Positions 10,860 to 21,137 of a DNA stretch of 64,000 bases are shown here, piece by piece. The notes under the pieces are model-generated. The model ran no database searches, was not told the DNA's origin, and was given only the letters and a program-made list of their open reading frames with translations. Within the stretch, counting starts at the first letter, position 1; every line of letters starts with the position of its first letter. The position numbers and the translations under genes are program-made. Source of the DNA: Bacteroidota bacterium (GTDB lineage: Bacteria > Bacteroidota > Bacteroidia > 2-12-FULL-35-15); the NCBI GenBank assembly GCA_947476185.1, contig CANJPX010000008.1, positions 5,693-69,692 of the forward strand, written 5' to 3'.

Positions 10860-11222
10860 TTACATAACGGATCTTACAGCTTTACTTCTTCTTCTAGGGT
10901 CATGAGGATGTCTGACATAATGACGTTGTAGTTTTTTTTGTTCCGCAGCAGAATCTTTCCTTTTTTTGGATAGCGCAGTGCTAAACCACGCAACAGCAAT
11001 TACGGCAAGCAATCCAATAGCCATATACACATAACTCAATTTTTCATGAAACGCAATGTTCTCCTGCTCCGCCTTTATTGACGCAAGAGTATTTGAAATA
11101 TTCTTTAAATCCTGTGAAAAAGAATTAATACTTGCCAGTACTGAGAATAAAAAGAAAACAAAATATGATTTCCAACTTTTAATCCTTTTCCTATTTTCTA
11201 AATTTTTAGTTAAATTTTCCAT
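10860..11222 (-). CDS. Hypothetical membrane protein (signal-like segment, one TM, basic tail)
   Basis: Hydrophobic YFVFFLFSVLA and YVYMAIGLLAVIAVAWF segments; Arg/His-rich C-terminus; only long ORF in the gap. Confidence 0.65.
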   Translation of the reverse strand: MENLTKNLENRKRIKSWKSYFVFFLFSVLASINSFSQDLKNISNTLASIKAEQENIAFHEKLSYVYMAIGLLAVIAVAWFSTALSKKRKDSAAEQKKLQRHYVRHPHDPRRRSKAVRSVM

Positions 11223-11850
11223 ATTATTTATTTGCTAAGATTATTTAGAGAGATAAAATAAAATATAATGTAACAGTTCATCTGATCGAATCATAAAATA
11301 TTCCATAAATTGAAAATGTTTCAATAAAATATTTCAAAATGCATTTAGTTACCTTTTCAGAATAAACATATATCAGCAGCGTCAACTTAATAATCCAGTC
11401 TTCCGATTTCACTTAAAAAACCAATTAATTTTCAAGATTATTCCCAATTCCTTCACATAAAAGACACAAGCTATGCCATCATCGTAACTTACTGATATTA
11501 TGTTTACTAGAGAATCATCAATTTAAGCAAATTCCAAAATCTGGAAAGGGTTAGCTGAAATGGGAAAAGAGCAATTTTTAACTTTTCTGCTTTGTCGACT
11601 AATTTCTTTTCAAAATACTACTGACAAAGTGTTGATTCAATGAAATACTTTAAAAAAAATGAAGAACAAATAATTAAATCAATTCAAAATAACCAATGCA
11701 CATCAGTATAAATAAATCGAACGATTAGCGTGTAATTTTCGAAACCCGTCGTTATAAACAAAAAAAAGGTTGCTTTATTCTCAAAATTTTTAAAAAATAA
11801 AATTTGTACCATTCTGAATAGTTGTTCGTTATAGAAGCAAATACAAACAA

Positions 11851-14244
11851 ATGAAAAATGATACAATTAATAAACTATTTGTCTTAGCGCTTTGCATCAC
11901 ATCTAGTTTTTGTTTCGGCCAACAAAATAGGTCGGCAGTATGCCATTTAGGTGAAGCAACAAATGATTCCTTGCTTCCATATATAACTGCGCTGGAAATA
12001 GACAGCCGGAATGATGCAGAAAAATTCATAAAGAATGCGGAACAGTTAACATCACTATCTTCTCTGACATTAAAAGGAGACGCAAAAGAAAATAACTGGA
12101 GAGAACTTTTTCAAAAATTAAAAACAACCTCTTCATTAAGAACAGTAATATTTGATTCGACAACTTTCCAATCATTGCCTTATGGATATGAAGGCTTATA
12201 TTATATTGAAAACCTTGTGATACAAAACAACGAAGAATTAGAATATCCAGAATTAATTCAGGAGCTTTCCCTTTTACCGAATTTGAAAGAATTAACATTG
12301 GATATCTTAACAATCTTTGATCTACCAGCAGATATTTCAAGCTTAAAAAACATAACAAAATTAACGTTGATTAATACGGATGAGTATATTTCAAAAAATG
12401 ATACATCATTCCTTACACTTGAAAAAGAATCCGTAACGTATGATTATTCTGTCAAAAATAAAAACGACAAAACTATAGCTGTTAAATATGTTGCAACGGC
12501 AGGTGAAATTGACAGTGATGAATACAAAGAATTAGCAAAACGATTTACAACAACAACAAATTTCGGCAAAGCACACGTTGCATTTACTCCAAAATACGTG
12601 AATGTAAATCCGCCAATCAAAGGGATAGATGTTGAAAGAACAAATTACATTATCAATCCGCAAATAGAAAACATCGTTACCTATCCTAGTGGAACAAAAA
12701 TTTTAATTCCGGCAAATACATTCATCGACAATACTGGAAACCCTGTTAAAACAAGTGTCACGATCAGTTATCGTGAATTCCGAGATCCCGTAGAATTTTT
12801 AGTAAGTGGAATTCCCATGAAGTATGATACAGGAGGAGTAGTGACCAATTTTGAATCAGCAGGCATGTTCGAGCTAACAGCAAGTAGTAAAAACGAACCG
12901 ATCACAGTAGCCAAAGACAAAAGCATTGATATGAATTTTGCAACTACAAGTAAAGATTCAACTTATAATTTTTATGCTTTTAATGATGAAAAAGATAATT
13001 GGGAATATTTGAACAAACCAACAGTAGTAACAAAAAAAACTGCGATTCAATTAAAGACACCGAGCCCGGCATTTTATATTTACCAAAATTATGCTATAAA
13101 CAACAAGCCTATTTATGATCTGACACCTTTCAAGGATAGATTTGAAGACAATAAATATGTATATACAAATCGTAAAGAAAATATAAAAAACAGTCGGTTA
13201 TACTATCGTTCAAAAAGAAAAAAACGCAGCAAATCGATGTACTCGCTGGTAAAAATCAATAATGTTAAAAAAACAAAAGAGGGAACTGTATTATTTAAAG
13301 TGACCTATTTAGATAAATCACATCCGGAAATGCGACAGTTCAGTAATGCATATTTTGCATCTAATGAAAATATGACAGCCAATGAATTTAAACAAAAATA
13401 TTCAAGAAAAACATATTATAACGACATAAGAATAAGTCAAATCGGGGATGATATAAACATGGAATTAAAAGGAAAAGAATCCATCAAGAATATATCTGCC
13501 ACATTAGTATCGCTTGACACTAAAGGTGAAGCTAAACCAATGAGAAATTTTTCAAATCGAATGAACCGTTATAATAAAAGGCTTAAAACAAGAGAACGAT
13601 TATTCAACAAAGGTCTAAAAAAAGGGAAAAACTCTTTGAACGAAATAATAATAAAAGACCAAAAGCAACTACGAATCTATGCTTTTAACGAAGCACAAAA
13701 AGCAATGAATCCGGAGGAAAAGAAAATGAATTTTAATGAATGGCTAGACTACTGCAAACAAACAGAAAAGAATATTTTAGCTTGGAACAAACAATCTAAC
13801 GACATCAAATTAGCTCAACTAAATAACGCAGAAGCGACAGGCTCAAACTTAATACAAAATTTATCGCTAAGCGGAACAGGCATCTATAATTGTGATCAGA
13901 TTCAAAGATTAAAAAATCCCGTAGAAATATTTGCCAGATACAAAACCAAAAACAACGAAAGAATAAGACCTCAATCTGCTTATATTTTAGATAAAAGGTC
14001 AAATTCCATTTTTCAATATGACGGAAGCTATGATTATAATGCAGGCAATATCAAATTCAGCAACAGTCCAAAAGCTGAAAATACACTATTAGCATTAAAT
14101 ATTGATGGGTCATTGTCGATATACAGGAAAGATGAATTCAAGAGAAACAAATTTACAAATAAAAGTTCTTTTGATTTTGAAGTAACAAAAATAGATGCCA
14201 AATATACAACTGTAAATGAACTAAAAGCGTTAATAGGTTTCTAA
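11851..14244 (+). CDS. Exported protein with N-terminal leucine-rich repeats and uncharacterised Bacteroidota domains
   Basis: Signal peptide; LxxLxxLxL repeats (LTSLSSLTL, LPNLKELTL, LKNITKLTL); GTKILIP..F, FESAGMF and GIYNCD motifs. Confidence 0.7.
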   Translation: MKNDTINKLFVLALCITSSFCFGQQNRSAVCHLGEATNDSLLPYITALEIDSRNDAEKFIKNAEQLTSLSSLTLKGDAKENNWRELFQKLKTTSSLRTVIFDSTTFQSLPYGYEGLYYIENLVIQNNEELEYPELIQELSLLPNLKELTLDILTIFDLPADISSLKNITKLTLINTDEYISKNDTSFLTLEKESVTYDYSVKNKNDKTIAVKYVATAGEIDSDEYKELAKRFTTTTNFGKAHVAFTPKYVNVNPPIKGIDVERTNYIINPQIENIVTYPSGTKILIPANTFIDNTGNPVKTSVTISYREFRDPVEFLVSGIPMKYDTGGVVTNFESAGMFELTASSKNEPITVAKDKSIDMNFATTSKDSTYNFYAFNDEKDNWEYLNKPTVVTKKTAIQLKTPSPAFYIYQNYAINNKPIYDLTPFKDRFEDNKYVYTNRKENIKNSRLYYRSKRKKRSKSMYSLVKINNVKKTKEGTVLFKVTYLDKSHPEMRQFSNAYFASNENMTANEFKQKYSRKTYYNDIRISQIGDDINMELKGKESIKNISATLVSLDTKGEAKPMRNFSNRMNRYNKRLKTRERLFNKGLKKGKNSLNEIIIKDQKQLRIYAFNEAQKAMNPEEKKMNFNEWLDYCKQTEKNILAWNKQSNDIKLAQLNNAEATGSNLIQNLSLSGTGIYNCDQIQRLKNPVEIFARYKTKNNERIRPQSAYILDKRSNSIFQYDGSYDYNAGNIKFSNSPKAENTLLALNIDGSLSIYRKDEFKRNKFTNKSSFDFEVTKIDAKYTTVNELKALIGF

Positions 14245-14317
14245 AAAAAGCATATCTTTATGGGTGCAATCTGTATATTTACAGATTGCACTTTTCATTT
14301 TAATAATCTCAGACACC

Positions 14318-16474
14318 ATGAAAAAGATCACTGTTTTACTACTTGTACTTTCAACATTCGCTCAATTCTCTTTCGCTCAGGAAAAACTTCTTACGATGGA
14401 GGATGCTGTTATTAAACAACGTGGAGCATTGGCTCCTGCCCGCCTGAAACAGCTCATGTGGATAAAAGGTAGTAACGATTATTCTTTTATCGAAAACAAC
14501 GGCAGCGAAGATGTTTTAATGAATGGTAGTGCAGAAAACGCAAATATTGGCAACATTGTTTCGTTTACACAATTAAACACAGCACTAACGGCTGCCGGAC
14601 AAAATAATCTAAAGTCATTCCCGATGATCCAATGGAAAAATGCAAAACAATTTTCCTTTGAATCCGACAAAAAAGTATTGAGTTATGATACGGGTACAAA
14701 AAAAATCACATATGATGCAACACGGGATCTTGGTGAAGATGTTGAAAATATTGACGCTGCAGCTAAAACAAATAACGTTGCCTTCACTATAAAAAATAAT
14801 TTATTCATTTACGATGGGAAAAACAATTTGATCGTCACGAATGATAAGGATGAAAATATTGTAAACGGGAAATCAGTTCACCGTGAAGAATTCGGAATAG
14901 TTAAAGGTACGTTTTGGTCTCCAAACGCTGATCTACTGGCATTTTACCGTATGGACCAAACGATGGTAACCGATTACCCCATCATCGACTGGACCAGCCG
15001 GCCGGCGAAAAATGAGAACATCAAATATCCAATGGCAGGTGATAAGAGTCATGAAGTAACTGTTGGAATTTACAATGTCAGCAACGGCAAAACTGTATTT
15101 TTAAAAACAGGAGAACCAAAGGAACAATATCTGACAAACATTGCTTGGAGCAACGACGAGCAGCATGTTTATATTGCTATATTGAACCGTGATCAAAACG
15201 ACATGAAATTAAATTCATATAATGTGATCTCCGGATTATTTGAAAAAACATTGTTCGAGGAAAAACAAGATAAATATGTACATCCAATGCATGCCATGGT
15301 ATTTTTACCAAATACATCCGGACAATTTATCTGGCAAAGTGAACGTGATGGATACAACCATTTGTATCTGTATAACAATGACGGAACGCTTGTAAAACAA
15401 CTAACAAAAGGCAATTGGATGGTCACCGACTTTGCAGGTTTTGATGCGAAAGGAACAAAAGCGTATTATACATCAACAACTGAAAGTGGAATAACAAGAA
15501 ATTTCTATTCAGTAGAAATAAAATCAGGAAAAACAATCCGACTCACAACAGGTGATGGGACACATACTTGTGCGCTAAGCAGCAATGGAAATTATATTAT
15601 CGACAATTTTCAAAGTACGAGCATTCCGCGCAACATAAACATCATTTCCACAAACGGAAAAAACTCAAAAAATATTTTTACTGCAAAAAATCCCTTGAAT
15701 GAATACAAACTTGGGCAAATGAGTTTATTTAAACTGAAAAGTGAAAATGGTGATGATCTATTTTGCAGATTATTCAAACCTGTCGACTTCGATTCAACAA
15801 AAAAATATCCTGTGATCGTTTATTTGTATAACGGTCCGGGGGTTCAAATGATAAATAATACCTGGAATGGTGGTGGGGACCTATGGTTTCAATATATGGC
15901 CGAACATGGGTTTGTAGTTTTTACGATCGATGGACGGGGAAGCAGCAACCGCGGATTAGCCTTTGAGCAATCAATATTCCGTCATGTTGGAGTTGTAGAG
16001 ATGAAAGATCAAATGGTTGGTGTTAACTTTTTAAAGTCACAAAAATATGTGGATGCCAACAGAATGGGCTTATTCGGATGGAGCTATGGTGGATTCATGA
16101 CTTCAAGTATCATGACACGCTATCCTGATGTGTTTAAAGCTGCTGTTGCAGGTGGGCCGGTAATCGATTGGAGTTATTACGAAGTGATGTATACTGAACG
16201 TTATATGGATACTCCACAATCAAATCCGGAAGGTTATAAAGAAGCAAGAGTCATTAATTATATAGATAATTTAAAAGGGAAATTACTATTGATCCATGGT
16301 GCACAGGATAATGTAGTTGTTTGGGAAAACAGTATGCAATTCATTAAAGCATGCGTTGACAAAGGCAAACAAGTCGATTATTTTGTTTATCCAGGGCATG
16401 AACACAATGTAATCGGAAAAGACAGACAGCACTTGTATCAAAAAGTAACCGATTATTTCTTGCAAAATTTATAA
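14318..16474 (+). CDS. Dipeptidyl peptidase IV-like S9B serine peptidase
   Basis: Signal peptide from MKKITV; GWSYGG nucleophile elbow, QDNVV Asp, HEH His; DPP IV propeller motifs (REEFG, WSP, YPMAG). Confidence 0.92.
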   Translation: MKKITVLLLVLSTFAQFSFAQEKLLTMEDAVIKQRGALAPARLKQLMWIKGSNDYSFIENNGSEDVLMNGSAENANIGNIVSFTQLNTALTAAGQNNLKSFPMIQWKNAKQFSFESDKKVLSYDTGTKKITYDATRDLGEDVENIDAAAKTNNVAFTIKNNLFIYDGKNNLIVTNDKDENIVNGKSVHREEFGIVKGTFWSPNADLLAFYRMDQTMVTDYPIIDWTSRPAKNENIKYPMAGDKSHEVTVGIYNVSNGKTVFLKTGEPKEQYLTNIAWSNDEQHVYIAILNRDQNDMKLNSYNVISGLFEKTLFEEKQDKYVHPMHAMVFLPNTSGQFIWQSERDGYNHLYLYNNDGTLVKQLTKGNWMVTDFAGFDAKGTKAYYTSTTESGITRNFYSVEIKSGKTIRLTTGDGTHTCALSSNGNYIIDNFQSTSIPRNINIISTNGKNSKNIFTAKNPLNEYKLGQMSLFKLKSENGDDLFCRLFKPVDFDSTKKYPVIVYLYNGPGVQMINNTWNGGGDLWFQYMAEHGFVVFTIDGRGSSNRGLAFEQSIFRHVGVVEMKDQMVGVNFLKSQKYVDANRMGLFGWSYGGFMTSSIMTRYPDVFKAAVAGGPVIDWSYYEVMYTERYMDTPQSNPEGYKEARVINYIDNLKGKLLLIHGAQDNVVVWENSMQFIKACVDKGKQVDYFVYPGHEHNVIGKDRQHLYQKVTDYFLQNL

Positions 16475-16485
16475 AATAAACTATT

Positions 16486-17013
16486 ATGGAAAATAGCGAG
16501 GGACAAATAATTCATAAAGGAGAATTCAATTCGGTATTAAGGATCTATATATTAATGTATGTCGGATTTATTCTAATGGTTTCAATCATAGGAATCCCGT
16601 TAGCTATAGCATGGTTTTGTGGAGTCGGACAATGGTATTCACGGCACTATTTCGACAAACTGGAATGTACATTGACAAATAGAAACTTGAAGTTCAAGAA
16701 AGGGATAATTGTTCAATTCGAAAAAACAATTCCGCTTGAAAACATTCAGGATATGTCATTTATTGAAGGTCCATTATTAAGACATTTTAATTTATGTGTT
16801 CTAAAAATTGAAACTGCCGGTGGATCTGCACATACAGCCAACCAAATGAGTTTGGTAGGTATAAAAGATGCTCCAATATTCCGTTTAAAAGTTTTAGAAC
16901 AACGAACACTTCTCAAAAATAGCCAAAGCAATCAAACGGATAATAATGTATTGGTGGAAATCAAAGAAAGCTTGCTAAGGATCGAAGGACTTTTGAAAGA
17001 AAATAAAAAATAG
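16486..17013 (+). CDS. Bacterial PH-domain membrane protein (YdbS/YdbT-like)
   Basis: N-terminal TM, KGII..EKTIPLENIQD...GPLLRHF.L..LKIETAG. Confidence 0.8.
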   Translation: MENSEGQIIHKGEFNSVLRIYILMYVGFILMVSIIGIPLAIAWFCGVGQWYSRHYFDKLECTLTNRNLKFKKGIIVQFEKTIPLENIQDMSFIEGPLLRHFNLCVLKIETAGGSAHTANQMSLVGIKDAPIFRLKVLEQRTLLKNSQSNQTDNNVLVEIKESLLRIEGLLKENKK

Positions 17014-17228
17014 TCCGAATTTAATTTCATTACAATTTCCATAAAACAAGATCTCTCAGCTGAGAATCAGTTTTCTAACGTATCACTTTTCGGTACTCCT
17101 CATAATTATTCAAGCAATACGATCATTTTCAATTTAATCAAATTGATACTTATCATGAATACATTTGATGCTTCTCATTCCTTCAAGATTCGATTCAATA
17201 TACATTTGTGTTCAATATTTATTATCAC

Positions 17229-17726
17229 ATGCTGCTATTGCTGATTCTTTTATTTGTCATCGTTCTTTTTTTATGCTACTTGTTATTTGCGCCATTTTAT
17301 TTATTCATAGATAGCAGCAAAAACGAGTACGGACTAAGGTTTCACAAAATATTAAAAGTGTTGTTCTATTTGGAAAACAACGCATTAAAGCTTGACCTAA
17401 TCATTTTGGGTTGGAGAAAACAGTTGGATTTCGGAAACAAAAAAATACAGGTAATTGAACCTTCAAAAAAGAAAGAAAAAAAACAACGGAAAACGATTCC
17501 GGCAAAAAAAGTCTTTGCGATCATCAAAAGTTTTAAAGTGACCCAATTTTACCTGAATCTAAGTTTTAAGAATATGGCAATAAATGGAATTCTTTATCCC
17601 TTTTTTGCGTTACTCCGATTAAAAACAAAAAGAAACATTCAGATAAACTTTTTTAATAAGAATGAAATCATAATTGAAGTAGAAAATACTTTTTACAGAA
17701 TATTCAAAGCTTATATTAATTCATAA
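17229..17726 (+). CDS. Hypothetical membrane-anchored protein (YtfI-like partner of YtfJ)
   Basis: Hydrophobic N-terminus ending LLFAPF, basic centre; directly upstream of a YtfJ-family gene; ATG 17229 follows TACATTTG at 17201-17208. Confidence 0.6.
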   Translation: MLLLLILLFVIVLFLCYLLFAPFYLFIDSSKNEYGLRFHKILKVLFYLENNALKLDLIILGWRKQLDFGNKKIQVIEPSKKKEKKQRKTIPAKKVFAIIKSFKVTQFYLNLSFKNMAINGILYPFFALLRLKTKRNIQINFFNKNEIIIEVENTFYRIFKAYINS

Positions 17727-17745
17727 ATCAATAAAACAAAATATC

Positions 17746-18129
17746 ATGAACAATTTAAATGAAATATTAGCCAAAATGGCGGAGTTTCTGAAGTCTGAAT
17801 CGAAAACGGAAACAATAATGGGAGAACAGTTCAAATTAGGAGAATTCACTTGCGTCCCTGTAATGACAATAGGTATGGGATTAGCGGCAGGTGGTGCTGA
17901 TGGCAAAGGAAATGTATTAAAAGCAAATGAAGCGGAAGGAAGCGGTTCAGGTGGCGGTGCGGGAATAAACTTAGGGCCTGTAGGCTTTTTAGTTACAAAA
18001 GGATCAGAAATACAATTTATTTCTACAGTTACTTCAAAAGGAATAGGAGCTGCATTTGAGAAGGTGCCGGATCTAATCGAAAAGTTTTTAAATGTAAATA
18101 AAAAGGAAAAGGAAACAGCGAAAGTTTAA
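17746..18129 (+). CDS. GerW/YtfJ family protein
   Basis: ETIMGE...VPV..IGMGLAAGG...GSGGGAGINLGPVGFLV...FEKVPDLIEK pattern. Confidence 0.85.
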   Translation: MNNLNEILAKMAEFLKSESKTETIMGEQFKLGEFTCVPVMTIGMGLAAGGADGKGNVLKANEAEGSGSGGGAGINLGPVGFLVTKGSEIQFISTVTSKGIGAAFEKVPDLIEKFLNVNKKEKETAKV

Positions 18130-18207
18130 TGCACTATCAAAAGTTGACTAGCCGTAGATTTCATAATTGTTTCGATAGCATAAAACTTTTATCCATTTTT
18201 CTTTTAG

Positions 18208-18236
18208 AGGTATCGCAGAAATGCGGCACCTTTTTT
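18208..18236 (+). terminator. Intrinsic terminator after the ytfJ-like gene
   Basis: AGGTATCGCA-GAAA-TGCGGCACCT hairpin followed by T tract. Confidence 0.7.
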
Positions 18237-18407
18237 ATGAGGAATAAATGAACCTGTTTTCAAGGATCTAATTCTTTTCTCATGGATAACCAAGAAGAAA
18301 AAAGTTATTAAAAGAAAATGAATAGAAAATATTATGAAAATACACTAATACCAAACAGTACAGAAATATCCTTCCTTTTGCAAATTCTACAAATCAGTTT
18401 AAAAATC

Positions 18408-21131
18408 CTATTTTGAATTTTTAAACTGACCTTTGCTTTTACGGATATTTACTGCCACTATCTTATATTCAGGACACAATGCCTCAGAATCGTGCTCATC
18501 ACTGGTAATGATATTTAGCATCACTTCAGGGAAGTGAAATGTTGTACTCAAAATTCCCGGTTTTACTTCAGCGGTTATTTTTGCTTTTATATCAACTTTA
18601 CCACGGGGTGATTCTACACAAACCATATCGCCATCGTTGATCAAATTCTTTTTAGCATCCGCCGCATTGATTAACAAAACGTCTTCTGTAAGAATTTTCA
18701 CATTGCCGGTCCTTCTGGTCATTGTTCCGGAATTATAATGCTCTAATTCTCTATTAGTAGTAATTATATAAGGATACTCCTTTCCATTTTTATTTATCTC
18801 TTCACTTTCCTTAAAATCAAAATAATGGAATTTACCTTTTCCTCTGTGGAAATTTTTAAGGTGCAATATTTTGGTATCGGAGCCGCTTTTTCTTACCGGC
18901 CACTGTTTTCCATTATCACCAAGCTTCTCCCATTTAACACCTGCAAAAAATGGAACGACCTGTGAAATTTCTTCCAACATAGTATCAGGTTTGTATTCTG
19001 CTTGTGCATATCCCATTTTATTCATGATCTCAACCATTATCTGTCCATCGCTTTTTGTTCCTTCTAAAGGCTCAACAACTTTTTGAACACGTTGAATTCT
19101 TCTTTCGCCATTTGTATAGGTCCCACTTTTCTCGAGGAAAGTCGCACCCGGCAGGATAACAGTTGCATATTTTGCTGTCTCCGTTAAAAATATTTCTTGC
19201 AGTACAAGTAGCTCGAGGTTTTCCATTGCAGCAATAACTTTGTTGGTGTTAGGATCTGTTTGTACAACATCCTCACCCATCAGCCAAAGTGCTTTTAATT
19301 TTCCTTCAATGGAAGCTTCGAACATTTCAGGTATTTTCAATCCCTTGCCAAGCGGTATCGGTGTTTTATAAAAATCTTCATATTGTTTATTCACCTCTGG
19401 ATCGTATGCATTCAAATAACCAGCACCAAGATGGGGTTGACAACCCATATCTGCAGCTCCCTGAACATTATTTTGTCCGCGTAAAGGATTTACTCCAACT
19501 CCTTTGCGACCGATATTACCGGTGATCATCGCAAGATCAGAAATAAGCATCACCGTATATGAACCTTGAGTGTGCTCAGTAACACCAAGTCCGTGAAATG
19601 ACATTGCATTAGGTGCATTCGCATAAGCGAGAGCAGCATCTCTTACAAGACTTTTATCAACACCAGTTATCCGTTCCATTTCATCAATATCAACTTTCAG
19701 GATCTGCTCACAAAAATCTTTATATCCTTCAGTTCGTTTTTCAATAAAATCTTTTGCAACAGCACCTTCAGTAATAATATAATACAACATCATATTAAGA
19801 AGCGCCACATTTGTTCCCGGTTTTAATTGTAAATGGTAAGTCGCATACTTTGCCAATTCGATCTTTCTCGGATCAATTACAATTGTTGTTTTTCCTTTTA
19901 TGGCAAACTGTTTCAGTTTAGCACCTGTTACAGGATGAGCATCTGTAGGATTTGCACCTATTACCATAATGCAATCCGTGAATTTTATATCTTCAATAGA
20001 ATTTGTTGCAGCACCGGTTCCAAAAGCTTTTTGCATACCATGAGCAGTTGGGGAATGACAAACACGTGCGCAACAATCAATATTATTTGTTCCGATAACA
20101 GCGCGGATGAATTTCTGCATCAGATAATTTTCCTCATTCGTACAACGGGCGGAAGATATTCCTGCAATGGAATCAGGCCCATTCTTATTTCGTATATCAA
20201 TTAATTTCTCAGCAATAAAATCATATGCCTCCTCCCAGGTAGCAGGTTCTAAAACACCATTTCTGCGGATCAGCGGAGTACGGATCCTGTCCGGATGATT
20301 ATAAAAAGAAAAAGCAAATCGTCCTTTCAAACAAGTATGTCCTTGATTTACTTCCGCATTATATGGAGCTTGAATGGATTTCACTTTACCATTTAAAACT
20401 GCAACTTCAAGATTACAACCTACACCACAATAGGTACAAACGGTACGTATCTTTTTATCCGCCACAATTGATTTTGATTCAAACACATCAGAAATAGCCG
20501 AAGTAGGACAAGCCTGGGCACATGCACCACAACTTACACAATCGGATTCGAAAAAAGTTTTATTATTGCTCTTCACGATATGACTGTCGAAACCTCTACC
20601 CGCCATGCTCAAAACAAATTCTCCTTGCACTTCATCACATGCTCTTACACATCTGAAACAATTGATACATTTCGAAAAATCAGATGTCATGTATGGATGA
20701 CTAAGGTCTTTTTTACGCTCTAAATGATTTTTACCTTCCGGATAACGAACATCGCGAACACCAACTTTTGCTGCTACACTTTGCAATTCACAATTATTAT
20801 TTACCTCACATGTAAGACAATCCAGAGGATGATCTGTAAGAACAAGTTCAACAATATTTTTACGCAATTTTAATATTCTATCGCTATGCGTATAGATAAA
20901 AGAATTGGGAATAACCGGCGTATGACAGGAAGCCTGCGACTTTGCCGGTCCATCTTCCACCAAAGCCACATCTACGCTACACACACGACATGAACCAAAC
21001 GGATCAAGATTTGGCGCATCACAAAGTGTAGGCACAAAATCTTTTCCAAAATGCCTTCTCACAAAATTGAGAATCGTTTCCCCTTCAATTATCGGATAAA
21101 CCTTATCATTAATATGTGCTGTAAGTTCCAT
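18408..21131 (-). CDS. fdhF: Formate dehydrogenase alpha subunit (Mo/W-bisPGD, Cys-type), FdsA-like, copy 1
   Basis: N-terminal 2Fe-2S, HPLDCLTC..C and two 4Fe-4S motifs, CTYCGVGC, active site CARVCHSPT, LRGQNNVQG. Confidence 0.93.
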   Translation of the reverse strand: MELTAHINDKVYPIIEGETILNFVRRHFGKDFVPTLCDAPNLDPFGSCRVCSVDVALVEDGPAKSQASCHTPVIPNSFIYTHSDRILKLRKNIVELVLTDHPLDCLTCEVNNNCELQSVAAKVGVRDVRYPEGKNHLERKKDLSHPYMTSDFSKCINCFRCVRACDEVQGEFVLSMAGRGFDSHIVKSNNKTFFESDCVSCGACAQACPTSAISDVFESKSIVADKKIRTVCTYCGVGCNLEVAVLNGKVKSIQAPYNAEVNQGHTCLKGRFAFSFYNHPDRIRTPLIRRNGVLEPATWEEAYDFIAEKLIDIRNKNGPDSIAGISSARCTNEENYLMQKFIRAVIGTNNIDCCARVCHSPTAHGMQKAFGTGAATNSIEDIKFTDCIMVIGANPTDAHPVTGAKLKQFAIKGKTTIVIDPRKIELAKYATYHLQLKPGTNVALLNMMLYYIITEGAVAKDFIEKRTEGYKDFCEQILKVDIDEMERITGVDKSLVRDAALAYANAPNAMSFHGLGVTEHTQGSYTVMLISDLAMITGNIGRKGVGVNPLRGQNNVQGAADMGCQPHLGAGYLNAYDPEVNKQYEDFYKTPIPLGKGLKIPEMFEASIEGKLKALWLMGEDVVQTDPNTNKVIAAMENLELLVLQEIFLTETAKYATVILPGATFLEKSGTYTNGERRIQRVQKVVEPLEGTKSDGQIMVEIMNKMGYAQAEYKPDTMLEEISQVVPFFAGVKWEKLGDNGKQWPVRKSGSDTKILHLKNFHRGKGKFHYFDFKESEEINKNGKEYPYIITTNRELEHYNSGTMTRRTGNVKILTEDVLLINAADAKKNLINDGDMVCVESPRGKVDIKAKITAEVKPGILSTTFHFPEVMLNIITSDEHDSEALCPEYKIVAVNIRKSKGQFKNSK

Positions 21132-21137
21132 GTTAAT

